64,000 bases of DNA from NCBI GenBank assembly GCA_038227875.1, contig JBBRPR010000009.1:64001-128000 (forward strand), given 5' to 3'. A program made the position numbers and the translations under genes. Under the pieces are notes generated by a model that did no database searches, had not been told where the DNA came from, and saw only the letters and a list, made by a program, of their open reading frames with translations. This document shows positions 27,703-37,456 of the stretch, in pieces (the stretch's first letter is position 1; every line of letters begins with the position of its first letter). Origin of the DNA: Planctomycetota bacterium. Its GTDB lineage: Bacteria; Planctomycetota; SZUA-567; H5-PLA8.

Positions 27703-28805
27703 AACTTTTTTCCCCATTTGAGTACTAATTCCGACGCCACCGCGACGGAGCGCAGGTCGAACGTCTGCGTATAATCGCGATAAGGCTCAAACGCGGCATC
27801 CGCTTGAAGTTTACGCAGCTTTTCCTCGGCCGGGATTGGCTCGCTGAGCAGTTCGAGCAACGCGGTCTGAAAATCCCAGAGCGATGCGTTGTCGTGTCCT
27901 TCCTGAAGCAGCGCCGGCGACGGAATGAGCCGCGGCCGCCGGTTTTTTGGCGGAGTCCATGTGCGGACGAGCTCACGGAGCCGCTGGTAGTCCTCGCGAA
28001 AGCTCGCGCGCTGGTCTTCGCTTGGCATTGTGCCGCCAAGGCGCTCGAAGATTACCGATTCGACGTGGGGGCAGCGTTCGAGCGCGATGGCGACGAGGTC
28101 GTAAACTTCCTCCGGCACCGCGCCGTCGTGGGTATCGCGCCGAAACTTTCCGAATTCGAAGTTCGACCACGATCCGCCGGAGACGTGAAGTTCGCGCACG
28201 CGCTGCAGCGGGTAGAGATCGAGCAGCGCATCGGCGCGGATGTCGAAGTTGAACATCTGGCAGAAAATGTTGTGAAGGTCGAGCAGTAGAAATCCGTCCG
28301 ACGGCGCGAGCAGTTCGTCGAGAAACGCGCCCTGTTCGCGGACGTCGTGCGGGCCGAAGGCGAAGGCAAGATTCTCCAGCCCGATCGGCACGCCGGCCGC
28401 TTCCCGCAACGTGGCCAGCCGAGCGCGGCCGAGTTCCAGCGTCTGCCGCGAGCGCGGAACGGGCAGCGGCGCGGAGTCGTGAAACGACGCGGTGGTCATG
28501 AAGCCGAAGTGTTCTGAAATGTGCGTGTAGCTCCGGCGACCCACTTCGCGGCCCAGATTTTCAAGCCAATGGTCCTGCTGCGGATGGTCTTTTCCGGAGA
28601 GCGCGGAGAACTGGACACCGTGGCCGAGGAGTAGTTTGGATTCAGAATAAAAATTGACCAGCTCGGCCAGCCAGTCCGGCTCGCCGGCCCAGCCGGTATC
28701 GAAGCTGTATTCGAGAATCTCGACCTGACCGGCTTCGAACAGTGGCAGTGATGCGGCGCGGAAATCGTCGTGCGCGTGCAGATTCAAACCGACGCGCACA
28801 GCCAT
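27696..28805 (-). CDS. DUF692 multinuclear non-heme iron-dependent oxidase (MNIO, ChrH-like)
   Basis: GHGVQFS, ISEHFGF, GLENLAFAF, LLDLHN, RELHVSGG, RRDTHD, IFER iron-ligand motifs. Confidence 0.93.
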   Translation of the reverse strand: MAVRVGLNLHAHDDFRAASLPLFEAGQVEILEYSFDTGWAGEPDWLAELVNFYSESKLLLGHGVQFSALSGKDHPQQDHWLENLGREVGRRSYTHISEHFGFMTTASFHDSAPLPVPRSRQTLELGRARLATLREAAGVPIGLENLAFAFGPHDVREQGAFLDELLAPSDGFLLLDLHNIFCQMFNFDIRADALLDLYPLQRVRELHVSGGSWSNFEFGKFRRDTHDGAVPEEVYDLVAIALERCPHVESVIFERLGGTMPSEDQRASFREDYQRLRELVRTWTPPKNRRPRLIPSPALLQEGHDNASLWDFQTALLELLSEPIPAEEKLRKLQADAAFEPYRDYTQTFDLRSVAVASELVLKWGKKLP

Positions 28806-28807
28806 CG

Positions 28808-29134
28808 TCAGCCTCTACCGCACGGCGGACAGTAATCGGGGGAATTTTCCGGCTTGGCTTTCGGCGTTGCCGCCGGGGCCGGCGTGACGCACTGTTTGGG
28901 CTGTGCGGTTTCGATACGGCTAGGGAGCACCTTCGGATTTTCAGTGATGGGTTGCTGAGTCGTGACAGTTGTCGCTGGTTTGACGACAATCGGCGCGGAG
29001 GGCGTCGTGTTCGGCACGTCGGCCGATTGCGCCTGCCCGCAGCCGCTCAGGAAAAGTGCGAGTCCCGCGCCGCCAATGATCTGGCCGATGTGGCTCGGGC
29101 GCATTTTCGACAGGATCGAGTTGGGAATCTTCAT
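28808..29134 (-). CDS. Putative RiPP precursor lipoprotein (ChrA-like, C-terminal CPPCGRG)
   Basis: MKIP start, lipobox FLSG-C32, Pro/Thr-rich linker, ends DYCPPCGRG; stop codon 2 nt before the MNIO start; GGAG RBS. Confidence 0.85.
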   Translation of the reverse strand: MKIPNSILSKMRPSHIGQIIGGAGLALFLSGCGQAQSADVPNTTPSAPIVVKPATTVTTQQPITENPKVLPSRIETAQPKQCVTPAPAATPKAKPENSPDYCPPCGRG

Positions 29135-29238
29135 GTTCAGCTCCTCCGCTTTTCTACTGTAGACCTCGCGGAGCGCACCTGGTTTCTAAGAAAATATGAT
29201 TCTTGATATCCGTTCATCCCATCGACTAACATCATGAC

Positions 29239-29814
29239 ATGCGTCGCAATCGAGTGAAAGTGAATCCTGAGAACCTCGTGCCCACCAATAGCTGGGGCAT
29301 TCCTGACTACTACGAGGATCAAACCTTCACGTGCAGAGGCTGCCAGGAGAAGTTTGTCTTCACGGCCAGTGAGCAGCGGGCCTGGTATGAGCATTTCAAA
29401 ATTCCCATCCATGCCGGCCGAGTGCGGTGTCCCGATTGTCAGGACGAGCACAAGGACGACATTTCGCTCAAGCAGCACTTTGACGAGGCCACGGAGCAAC
29501 TAAAAAGTCATCCCGACCACTGGGCCATCAACCTTGAGTTTGGCCGCCTGGCCGTGATGCTTCATGAATCCAGCGGCGGCGGAAAATATATGGATCGAGC
29601 GATCGCAGCGTTGAAACGTGCGCACGATTTGAACTCAAAAGCGCACGAAGCCGTCTACTGGCTGGGCCGCTGTTACGAGTTCACCGGAAACATGAAAAGG
29701 CAGAAGGAGTGCCTTTTGTCGTTTCTGGCGGCGACCGAATCGAAAAAGAAAGGCGAATTGAAGCGCCTGCGCAAAGACGCGGAGAATCGGTTGCTCAAAA
29801 TCTCCGGTGCGTGA
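29239..29814 (+). CDS. Zinc-ribbon (zf-trcl-like) plus TPR protein
   Basis: YEDQTFTCRGCQEKFVFTASEQ..WYE...RCPDC; C-terminal helical repeats (AVYWLGRCY). Confidence 0.75.
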   Translation: MRRNRVKVNPENLVPTNSWGIPDYYEDQTFTCRGCQEKFVFTASEQRAWYEHFKIPIHAGRVRCPDCQDEHKDDISLKQHFDEATEQLKSHPDHWAINLEFGRLAVMLHESSGGGKYMDRAIAALKRAHDLNSKAHEAVYWLGRCYEFTGNMKRQKECLLSFLAATESKKKGELKRLRKDAENRLLKISGA

Positions 29815-29821
29815 CGGCCTG

Positions 29822-32800
29822 TTATTTCGCCGTGCCCATCTTCCCCGATTTATTACTGTACGTCAGCGACTTGGGCGTTTGGTAAATCGCGCCGTTGAAA
29901 ATCACCGTAAGCACCACCGCGACGTTGGTCTTGGCGATGGGCAGGCTGGTCAGTCCCACCGCCGCAAGCGGACGCGTGAAAAATCCTTTCGTCAGCTTCA
30001 CGGTGAACTTTGCCGTCTGCGCGGCCGTGCTGCCTTTGGCGCTGCGGAATTGCAGCTTGAACATGTTGGAGCCGCGCGGCGTGTTGCCTTTGGCGTCGAG
30101 CGTAAAGGCCACGGTGACCGCACTGACGTCGACGTATACTTTTTGCCCGCTGGCGGAGAAACCGCTTTGTATCGGCAGCGTTCCGGCGAAGGAAATCGTA
30201 TCGCTGCCGGAGCGGGTGAAGTTGAGCTTGATCGATGTCTTCGACGCATCCAGACGGCTGAACGTCGTCGCGGGTTTGTTCCCCAGCGGTGTGGAATTGG
30301 GATCCAGCGGGTCGGTGCCGGCTGCCGTCTCGAAGGAATCGGAGAAGCCGTCGCCATCGCTGTCCTTGCCGCTGCCGACCAGCGGCGCTTTGACCGTGAC
30401 GTTCACGCTGCTTTGCACCGTGTTGCCGTTCACGTCGCTCACGGTCACTGTCGCCGTGAAAGCGCCGGCCGTCGCATAGGAGTGCGAGATCGTCGCGCCG
30501 CTGCCGCCGACGCCATCGCCGAAATCCCATGTATAGGTCAGCGTCGCATTGCCTTCAGCAGCAGCGGACGCGAACTGAATCGCCTGGCCGATTCCCGCGA
30601 CGCTGGGTGTGGCGGTGGCCGGAGAAACGAGCGACGGCTGAGCGGTGACCACGACCGTAACGTTGGCGGTGACGGACGACGTGCCGTCGGACACCGTCAC
30701 GACGGCAATGAAAGTTCCGCCGTCGGAGTAGCTATGCGACACCGTGGCGCCGTTGCCGTTCGTGCCGTCGCCGAAATTCCAGGTGTACGTCAGTGGCAGC
30801 GAAAGATCGCTGACCGCGTTCACCAGGAACGCGACGGGTGCGCCGGCGCTGGCGGGATTGGGCGTGGCGGTCACCTGGCTCAACACACGCACGGGAACTT
30901 GCGGCCCGATGTTGACGACCACCGTCTGCATCGACGTTCCGGCGACATTGGAGGCCGTGGTGCCGACGTTCGCATTGGTGGTGATGGTGGTCGGGATGCC
31001 GGAGAACGTGTCGCCAGCGAAGTTCAATCCGGCCGGCAGCGGAGCGGCAGTGAACGTGAACGGCCCCTGGCCGGTGGCGGTGATCGTGTAGCTGAAGAAA
31101 CTGCCCACATTTCCGCTCGCTGTTTTGGGGCTGGTGATGACCGGCGGGGGAACGAGTTTCCGGAACGCCGCATCAGCATCCACCAGCCCGTACCCCGAAA
31201 ACGGATCAGGGCCCGCGAAGGCCGGCGCGACGGTTGCATCCCGAGCGGTGGACTGAAATGTCGAGGCCAGTACCGCCGGCGAGGTTTTCGGCGCGGCTTC
31301 CATCAGCAACGCGGCGACGGCCGCGACATTGGGCGCGGCGCAGGACGTGCCGAGAAAATTTGGGAAAAACGTCGTGTCGACGCCATCGGGCGCGGCGATG
31401 TCCGGCGAATTGCGCAGCATCGGCGCGTTGGGAAGTGGATTGCCGGCCGCGTCGAAATAGAAGGGAATGCCGTTGGGGCCAAAGCCGCCCAGCGACGAGA
31501 ACGATTCCGGACGCAGGGTGTTCGCCTGCAGGTCCGCGAAATTCATCGCGCCGACGGCGATGCAGTCCTTGCAGGTCGGATGCCCAAAGGCGCTCATGCC
31601 ATTGACCCCGCCAGACGGAAACGAGACATCAAGATTGGTGTCGCTGATGACCAGGCGGATGACATTGCCGCGCACGCCCTGGAAATGATCGAGCGCCAGG
31701 TAGACGGTGGTGTCAGCGCCCTTGTTGACGTAGTCCAGGATTTCCACCGGATCGCCCTGCGGCGCGCCAACTGTGCCCTGTGGTGCGGTCGAGGAGGCCA
31801 GCGGTTTTCCGATGGCCGGTGTGGCATAGAGGTATAGATCCAGATCCGCCTGCGATCCGGAGCCGAGATTGAAACTGGAGTACGGCTGATTCCATTCCAG
31901 CACCACGGTCAGATCGTTGTTGTGCGACAGACGGATGGGCAGAAAGCCGGGCGTCGAGGTGCCGATGCCCCAGTTATGAAAATCCTTGCCGGTGGGCGTC
32001 GAGGCGGAATCGTCGGTGGTCTGTGCCGGATTGACGGTCGTGTACGTGGCGATGATGCCATTGGTGCCGTCGTTGCCGGTCGCGGAAAAATGCGGAACGC
32101 CGTTGGCCGCGTTGGTGCTGATCGCCTGCGCGAGCGGGCCGTCCTGAAAATAAGGCTCATCGAGGAACCCGATGTCGTCGACGGTGATCGTGGATTTGGC
32201 TGCCGTGCGCAGCGCGAGCAGATTCGTCGCCGCGGCTGTCTGCGTGCCGCCCGCGCTGGCGAAGGCCAGCTTGGAGCCGGGGGCGATGTCGTAAATCAGT
32301 TCCATCATCGCTTCGCCTTCGTCGGAGCCCTTGCCCGGACCGGCATCGACGAGCTGAAACGTGGTCGGCAGATCGCCATTTTTCTGAGGTGTCGTTCCGG
32401 AGACAAACGCATTGGGAGGCGTGCCTTGAACCAGCATCGTCGAGCCAATGACCGGGTTGGTATCGATGACCGAATCGGAGACGACGCCCACCGTCTGTCC
32501 CTTCCCGGAAACGCCGAACGTGGAACGAAGCTTCGCCGCGTTCAGCAGCGGGTCGGCGGCGTTGTCCACCTTGCCCTGACGGCGCCGCTTGCCGGCCTGC
32601 AGCTGGATCGATTGAATCGCATCGATCTTCGCCAGCGCATCCAGCTGGGGAACGGTCGCGATGGCATTGATGGTCCGCCACTGCGGCGCGGTGTCGGTAA
32701 CCGTCGCGCCGGTTGCCTTGATCTGCGTCACGATGTCCGCGGTGACCGCCGCGTCGATGCGCACGGCAAACGTTTCCGGCGATGAAGTCGCCGCCAGCGC

Positions 32801-33013
32801 GCGGCCGTGCGCTACCTTCACGGATTGCGCCGCGAGCGCCGCGGTGACCGTGCCGGCACGAAAATCGTTGAGCGCCGGAATCAGCCGGGCATCGACCTTG
32901 AAGGCCAGAGCGCCGAGCGCCTGGGTCTTCGGGTTCTCCGCGTGGTCGGCGGCGGAAACGCCATTGAGCAGAACGGTCAGAAGCGCGATGACGAAAAGGA
33001 TGCGAATGAACAA
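29822..33013 (-). CDS. Secreted S8/S53-like serine peptidase with PKD domains
   Basis: Signal peptide and prodomain; GKGQTVGVVSDS, DEGEAM, SATGND, GTSCAAP; two YTW(N/D)FGDG PKD domains; DSDGDGFSD motif. Confidence 0.9.
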   Translation of the reverse strand: MFIRILFVIALLTVLLNGVSAADHAENPKTQALGALAFKVDARLIPALNDFRAGTVTAALAAQSVKVAHGRALAATSSPETFAVRIDAAVTADIVTQIKATGATVTDTAPQWRTINAIATVPQLDALAKIDAIQSIQLQAGKRRRQGKVDNAADPLLNAAKLRSTFGVSGKGQTVGVVSDSVIDTNPVIGSTMLVQGTPPNAFVSGTTPQKNGDLPTTFQLVDAGPGKGSDEGEAMMELIYDIAPGSKLAFASAGGTQTAAATNLLALRTAAKSTITVDDIGFLDEPYFQDGPLAQAISTNAANGVPHFSATGNDGTNGIIATYTTVNPAQTTDDSASTPTGKDFHNWGIGTSTPGFLPIRLSHNNDLTVVLEWNQPYSSFNLGSGSQADLDLYLYATPAIGKPLASSTAPQGTVGAPQGDPVEILDYVNKGADTTVYLALDHFQGVRGNVIRLVISDTNLDVSFPSGGVNGMSAFGHPTCKDCIAVGAMNFADLQANTLRPESFSSLGGFGPNGIPFYFDAAGNPLPNAPMLRNSPDIAAPDGVDTTFFPNFLGTSCAAPNVAAVAALLMEAAPKTSPAVLASTFQSTARDATVAPAFAGPDPFSGYGLVDADAAFRKLVPPPVITSPKTASGNVGSFFSYTITATGQGPFTFTAAPLPAGLNFAGDTFSGIPTTITTNANVGTTASNVAGTSMQTVVVNIGPQVPVRVLSQVTATPNPASAGAPVAFLVNAVSDLSLPLTYTWNFGDGTNGNGATVSHSYSDGGTFIAVVTVSDGTSSVTANVTVVVTAQPSLVSPATATPSVAGIGQAIQFASAAAEGNATLTYTWDFGDGVGGSGATISHSYATAGAFTATVTVSDVNGNTVQSSVNVTVKAPLVGSGKDSDGDGFSDSFETAAGTDPLDPNSTPLGNKPATTFSRLDASKTSIKLNFTRSGSDTISFAGTLPIQSGFSASGQKVYVDVSAVTVAFTLDAKGNTPRGSNMFKLQFRSAKGSTAAQTAKFTVKLTKGFFTRPLAAVGLTSLPIAKTNVAVVLTVIFNGAIYQTPKSLTYSNKSGKMGTAK

Positions 33014-33266
33014 GCTGAGACCTCACTAAAGTTGCAGGACACTCGTGCGTATTTCCGAATCACCCGTACTGGAAACAGGCTAAAGCCCTGTTGGCGAAAG
33101 GCGAATGGAAGGCGGCTCAATCTGAGCACCGCAAGTATAGAAGAACCGGCGTTGCAATTTGCTGCTGCGGATTTTTAAAACTGTAATTCGTATACCTAAT
33201 GAACACGCCGCGAGAGCGGCGTGTGACAAAAAAGTGCTTAGTGCCAATTGGCACGCAGCAGAATAT

Positions 33267-34505
33267 TTAGTGTTTCTTCGCGTGCACCGGCGCGGGCTTG
33301 GCGTGGTGCTGGACGTAATTTTTCAGGATCTGCCACTGCTTCCAGAAATCGTGCGTCTCGCCTTCCAGCGGGTCTTTGAAGAAACAGGCCATGTGCTTCA
33401 TCGCGCCGCCTTCACCGTGACGGTGCGCGTGATCGGCCAGGCGGATCATGTCCAGCGCCAGCGGCGCGGCGAGCATCGAGTCGCAACCCTGCCAGATGAA
33501 CTGCATGATCATCTTGGTGCCCAGGAAGCCCTGGAAGTGGATGAAGTTCCACGCCGTCTTCCAGTCATCGAGACTGGGGCAGTAGTCGATGCGCACGCGG
33601 GTGTGCAGGTCGGGATCGTCGCCGAGAATTTCGCGCAGCGCGCGGTCCTTGCCGCGGGTTTTGGCTTCGTTGTTCTTCGGATCGTTGAGCACCACCGCGT
33701 CGCGGTTGCCAAAAATGTTGTGCCCTTCCCAGCTCATCACGTGCAGGTTGCGCGCCATGAACATCGGCGCGAGCACGGTCTTCATCAGCGTCTCGCCGGT
33801 CTTGCCGTCGCGGCCGCAGTGCGGGAGATTCTTCTCCAGCGCCAGTTCGCTCAGCGCCGGAATATCGGAACCGTGGCTGGGCGTGAAGTTGATGTACGGG
33901 CAGCCGAGGTCCAGCGCCGCGTACGCGTAAATCGTTCCCGCCGTGAAGCCATCGATGCCGTCGTTGAGCGCCTTGCGGAACGCCGCGAGATTGGCGTAGA
34001 ACGGCGGCAGGTGTTCCATGTACGGTTCGGTCGAGGCGAGATTGATGCAGACGACGCGGCGCAGTTCGTGGCGCTTTTTGAAGTCGGCGATGTCTGCCTG
34101 GATCTGTGCGACGACGAGCTTGGGCGTCATCGAATCGTCGAGCACGCCCGAGCCGCTTAAGCCGCGGATCGTCTTGCCGCAGCCGATCGTGGTCGCCTGG
34201 CGGATGTTCTGATCGATCGCCGTGTAATCTTCCTTCAGCGCGGCGACGAGTTCGTACGACAGAATGCGCGGGCCGTCGCGAAGTTCGAGCGCGGACTTCT
34301 CCAGCGTCGTCTCGGAGCGCAGTTCATGTCCGCCGAAGACCAGCCGGTCGAGCGGTGCGAGCTTCAACGCTTTGAAGTCGCGCAGTTCCGTCACCAGCCC
34401 CGTGGTCGGCGACAATCCCCGCGCAATCGCACGCGCGCCGGAGATCAAACACGTGCTGACCGCTCCGCGTGCGCCGAAGATCCAGACTCCGATTGATTCT
34501 GCCAT
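33267..34505 (-). CDS. ino1: Myo-inositol-1-phosphate synthase
   Basis: GVWIFGARGAV, NLASTE, YINFTPS, GRDGKTGETLMK, GNRD, DDWKTAW, WQGCDSMLAAPL. Confidence 0.93.
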   Translation of the reverse strand: MAESIGVWIFGARGAVSTCLISGARAIARGLSPTTGLVTELRDFKALKLAPLDRLVFGGHELRSETTLEKSALELRDGPRILSYELVAALKEDYTAIDQNIRQATTIGCGKTIRGLSGSGVLDDSMTPKLVVAQIQADIADFKKRHELRRVVCINLASTEPYMEHLPPFYANLAAFRKALNDGIDGFTAGTIYAYAALDLGCPYINFTPSHGSDIPALSELALEKNLPHCGRDGKTGETLMKTVLAPMFMARNLHVMSWEGHNIFGNRDAVVLNDPKNNEAKTRGKDRALREILGDDPDLHTRVRIDYCPSLDDWKTAWNFIHFQGFLGTKMIMQFIWQGCDSMLAAPLALDMIRLADHAHRHGEGGAMKHMACFFKDPLEGETHDFWKQWQILKNYVQHHAKPAPVHAKKH

Positions 34506-34560
34506 TGTTGGTTCTCCGTTTACGTCCTGGTTCGATTACCCGCGCAGGCTTCGTAGTGTT

Positions 34561-34760
34561 GGGATCGGGGATCAGGCATCGGGCATCGGTTAATCGTAAC
34601 GCCCGGTTAATGTGCCCTGCGCCGTTGCGAGTTGGCTGCGCAGTTTTTAATCGTTCACAACTCGCCGCGGATCAAGGGACTCCAATCCGGGCACACCCAT
34701 TAACCGATGCCCGATCCCCGATCCCCGATCCCCGATCCCCGATCCCCGATCCCCGATCCC
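34561..34760. repeat. Inverted pair of GGGATCG heptamer arrays
   Basis: gggatcg gggatca ggcatcg ggcatcg gttaat (34561-34594); attaac cgatgcc (cgatccc)x7 (34699-34760). Confidence 0.92.
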
Positions 34761-34774
34761 ATCTGTTCGTGTTC

Positions 34775-36157
34775 TCACTTCACATCGACGCTCGTAAACT
34801 TGTAATTGTATTCCTTGTATCCCGCGGCGGCCGGCGTCTTGAGGACAAAGTTGCGCTGCTCGCCGGGTTGGATCACGTCGGAGAGCGTTTTCTGGCCATC
34901 CAGGGTCTTGCCGTCGGGCAGCGCGAATGTGACGGTGATCGCGACGTCCTTCACCGGGCCGCTGCGGCCGTTGCGCATCGCGCCAATCAGCAGGACCGAC
35001 TTGTCGTCGTTGTTTGACGCGCTGGTGAAAATGACTTCGACGTCGGCGACCTCTTTGAACTTCGGCGTCTCCACCTTCGCGGGCGCTTCAGCCACGGCGG
35101 CGGGAGCAGCCGGCGCGTCTTTGCTCAGCTTGAGGTACGAAATCTTCTGTTCGAAGTTTTCGTACACCGGCACGGCGGGAATTTTGAAATCGAGCGGCCG
35201 GACTTCACCCGCGTTGAGTTTGCCGGGTACTTCGTAGGTGAAGCTCTTGACTTCCTTCTTCGCAGCGTTGGTGAACGTGAGCACCACGGTTGCTTTCTCG
35301 ACGGGCACATCGAAACCGTTGCGCACTTCAGCGATGGCTTTGACTTCCTGCGTCTTGGGGTCGCGCTTGAAGCTGAACTTGGCGAATTCCACGTCGGCGA
35401 TACCGGTGAAATCGGCGGCTTCCGGAGGCGTCTCATCGCAGACGACCTTGATCACGTAGCTGCCCGCGATTTTCGGGCAGTTGGGCGCGGAGAACGGAAT
35501 GAGCTGCTCGATCCCGCCGCGGAACGTGCCGTCGCCGAGGCGGTCGGTGACTTCCGCGATCTTCTTTTTCTTGTCGTCAAAGAAGGTGAGCACGAACTTG
35601 ACGTTCTTGGCGTCGGCAGTGCCGTTGTTTTTGACGCGCAGATTGCCGTTGAAGCGGCCGGTGCGGTCGACGCCGCCATCGCGGCCGAGGATCACCAGGT
35701 CAGCGATGCCCTTAATCGGCTCCGCGTTTTTCGCCTGTGGCTGGCCCGCGTCGGAACTCGAGAACCACTGCTCCTTGCCCGCGCCGCTGATGCCATCGTA
35801 TGTCACGGTGATGTCGTAGGATTCGAACGCGGGAATGAAATCGCCGATCACTTCCAGCTTGCGGGACTCGCCGGGTTTGAAATCGCCGAGCAGTTTCTTG
35901 ACCGGTTCGGCAGCCTTCTCGCCGCTGGCTACTGTGTATTGGATGACGATGTTGACGTTCTTGATCGGCGCACCGCAGGTATTCTTGGCCGTCATGTTGG
36001 CGATGACGCGGTTGCTGCTCGTGGTTGTCTTGCGGATGCGTCCGTACGACCAGTCGCTGAGCTGCAGCTTGAAACCGTTGTCGTCTTCGGCACGAACCTG
36101 CAGCGCGAGCACGATCGCCGCGAGACAGAAACTCAAGAAATACCGCCGTGCTGTCAT
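34775..36157 (-). CDS. Exported protein with about four tandem Ig-like (FxLYD-like) domains
   Basis: Signal peptide; repeated G.(V/M)(K/R)N.....K.V...(L/V)TF...PGE.R.F pattern. Confidence 0.7.
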   Translation of the reverse strand: MTARRYFLSFCLAAIVLALQVRAEDDNGFKLQLSDWSYGRIRKTTTSSNRVIANMTAKNTCGAPIKNVNIVIQYTVASGEKAAEPVKKLLGDFKPGESRKLEVIGDFIPAFESYDITVTYDGISGAGKEQWFSSSDAGQPQAKNAEPIKGIADLVILGRDGGVDRTGRFNGNLRVKNNGTADAKNVKFVLTFFDDKKKKIAEVTDRLGDGTFRGGIEQLIPFSAPNCPKIAGSYVIKVVCDETPPEAADFTGIADVEFAKFSFKRDPKTQEVKAIAEVRNGFDVPVEKATVVLTFTNAAKKEVKSFTYEVPGKLNAGEVRPLDFKIPAVPVYENFEQKISYLKLSKDAPAAPAAVAEAPAKVETPKFKEVADVEVIFTSASNNDDKSVLLIGAMRNGRSGPVKDVAITVTFALPDGKTLDGQKTLSDVIQPGEQRNFVLKTPAAAGYKEYNYKFTSVDVK

Positions 36158-36182
36158 CGTCGTGGTTACTCCATTTTAATGT

Positions 36183-36214
36183 GGCGTGGCGCCCGATGGA
36201 AAGGGCGCCACGCC
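36183..36214. terminator. 12-bp GC stem-loop between co-oriented genes
   Basis: ggcgtggcgccc-N8-gggcgccacgcc; U-tract is weak. Confidence 0.5.
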
Positions 36215-36226
36215 CGGGACACTATT

Positions 36227-37354
36227 TTACTTCATCGCGTTGATGCAGTTGTTCAATGCATCCAGCGCGTAGGACGTGGCGAGCACCGGATCGTTTTCCA
36301 TCCACGTTTCGTCGGCGTTGGCCCACGAACCGTCCGGCTTCTGCAGGGAGATCAACTGCGCGGCCATGTCCTTGGCCCAGTTCACCTTCTTGCCATCGGC
36401 GAGTTCGAATTCCTTTTCGCCCATCGCGGTGAAGGCCTTGCTGAACGCCAGACAATAGTAGTAGTAGCCCATGGTGCCCTTGCCGCCCGGATTCTCCGTG
36501 ACGGAGTAGTTGGCCTTGACCCACTTGTACGCGGCCTGCATCGACGGATCGTTCTTGTCGACCTTGGCGTAGATCAGACCCTTGATGCAGTTGTACGTCA
36601 TGTTGCCGTAAGGGCGGGGGACGGTCTTGCCGGTGCGCTTGGCAACGGTTGTGCCGAAGTCGTCGGCCACGCCGGGCGCATAGATGAAGCCACCGCCGTT
36701 GTCGCCGTCCTTCATGACGTTGTTGGCGCCGGTGAAATCATTCGTTTCGGCGTTGTCCTGGCTGCGCTTCATGAACTTCACCGCGTTCTTCCACGCCGGC
36801 GAATCTTCCTTGAGGCCCATCGCCTTCAACGCTTCCAGCGAGAACGCGCCGTTGCTGTTGTCGGGGTTCCCGTTTTCCGGGCTGTAGCCGAAGCCGCCTT
36901 CTTTTTCCGCACCGGCCGCCGCATCGCGCTGGCAGGCGAGAATGAACTTCTGGCAGTTTTCCAGATTGGTCTTGTACGCGGGATTTTCGAGCGACACGAG
37001 CGCGATGGCCGCGATGCTGGTGTTGTAATTTTCAGTCGGAATCTTCGGCAGCGTGATCGAACCTGACGGCTGCTGCAATCCGATGATGTACTTGGCTGCC
37101 TTGGCCAGCGCGGGCGTGTTGGCTTCGCGCGGAGCGCCGGGGCTCGACGCGATGGCCTTCACCGCCAGGCCGACGACGCCGGGCATGGCATCGGGCTTGG
37201 CCTTGCCGAAGACGCCGTTGTCGCCCTGCTGGCTGATCAGGTACTGCGCGGCTTTCTTCGCTGCTTCGCTGGCGGTCGTGGCATCGACTTCTCCGGCACA
37301 AACCGAACCGATGGCGAGCACCACTGCGAGCGCAAAACATTTTCGAACGATCAC
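36227..37354 (-). CDS. Exported prenyltransferase/squalene-oxidase repeat protein
   Basis: YLISQQ, YIIGLQQPSGS, FILACQ..GGFGY, LISLQKPDGSW (QW-like repeats). Confidence 0.85.
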   Translation of the reverse strand: MIVRKCFALAVVLAIGSVCAGEVDATTASEAAKKAAQYLISQQGDNGVFGKAKPDAMPGVVGLAVKAIASSPGAPREANTPALAKAAKYIIGLQQPSGSITLPKIPTENYNTSIAAIALVSLENPAYKTNLENCQKFILACQRDAAAGAEKEGGFGYSPENGNPDNSNGAFSLEALKAMGLKEDSPAWKNAVKFMKRSQDNAETNDFTGANNVMKDGDNGGGFIYAPGVADDFGTTVAKRTGKTVPRPYGNMTYNCIKGLIYAKVDKNDPSMQAAYKWVKANYSVTENPGGKGTMGYYYYCLAFSKAFTAMGEKEFELADGKKVNWAKDMAAQLISLQKPDGSWANADETWMENDPVLATSYALDALNNCINAMK

Positions 37355-37456
37355 GGGCTTACCCTCCTGTTACCTTGGACGAAATACATGCGACACACTT
37401 AGAGTCATTGTCGCACATCCTTCCATTACTGTGTAGCGACGATCATGCGATCCGCT

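Noticed and set aside
36227..37354. Squalene-hopene cyclase
   Set aside because: Too short, has a signal peptide, and has no DxDD motif; only QW-like repeats.
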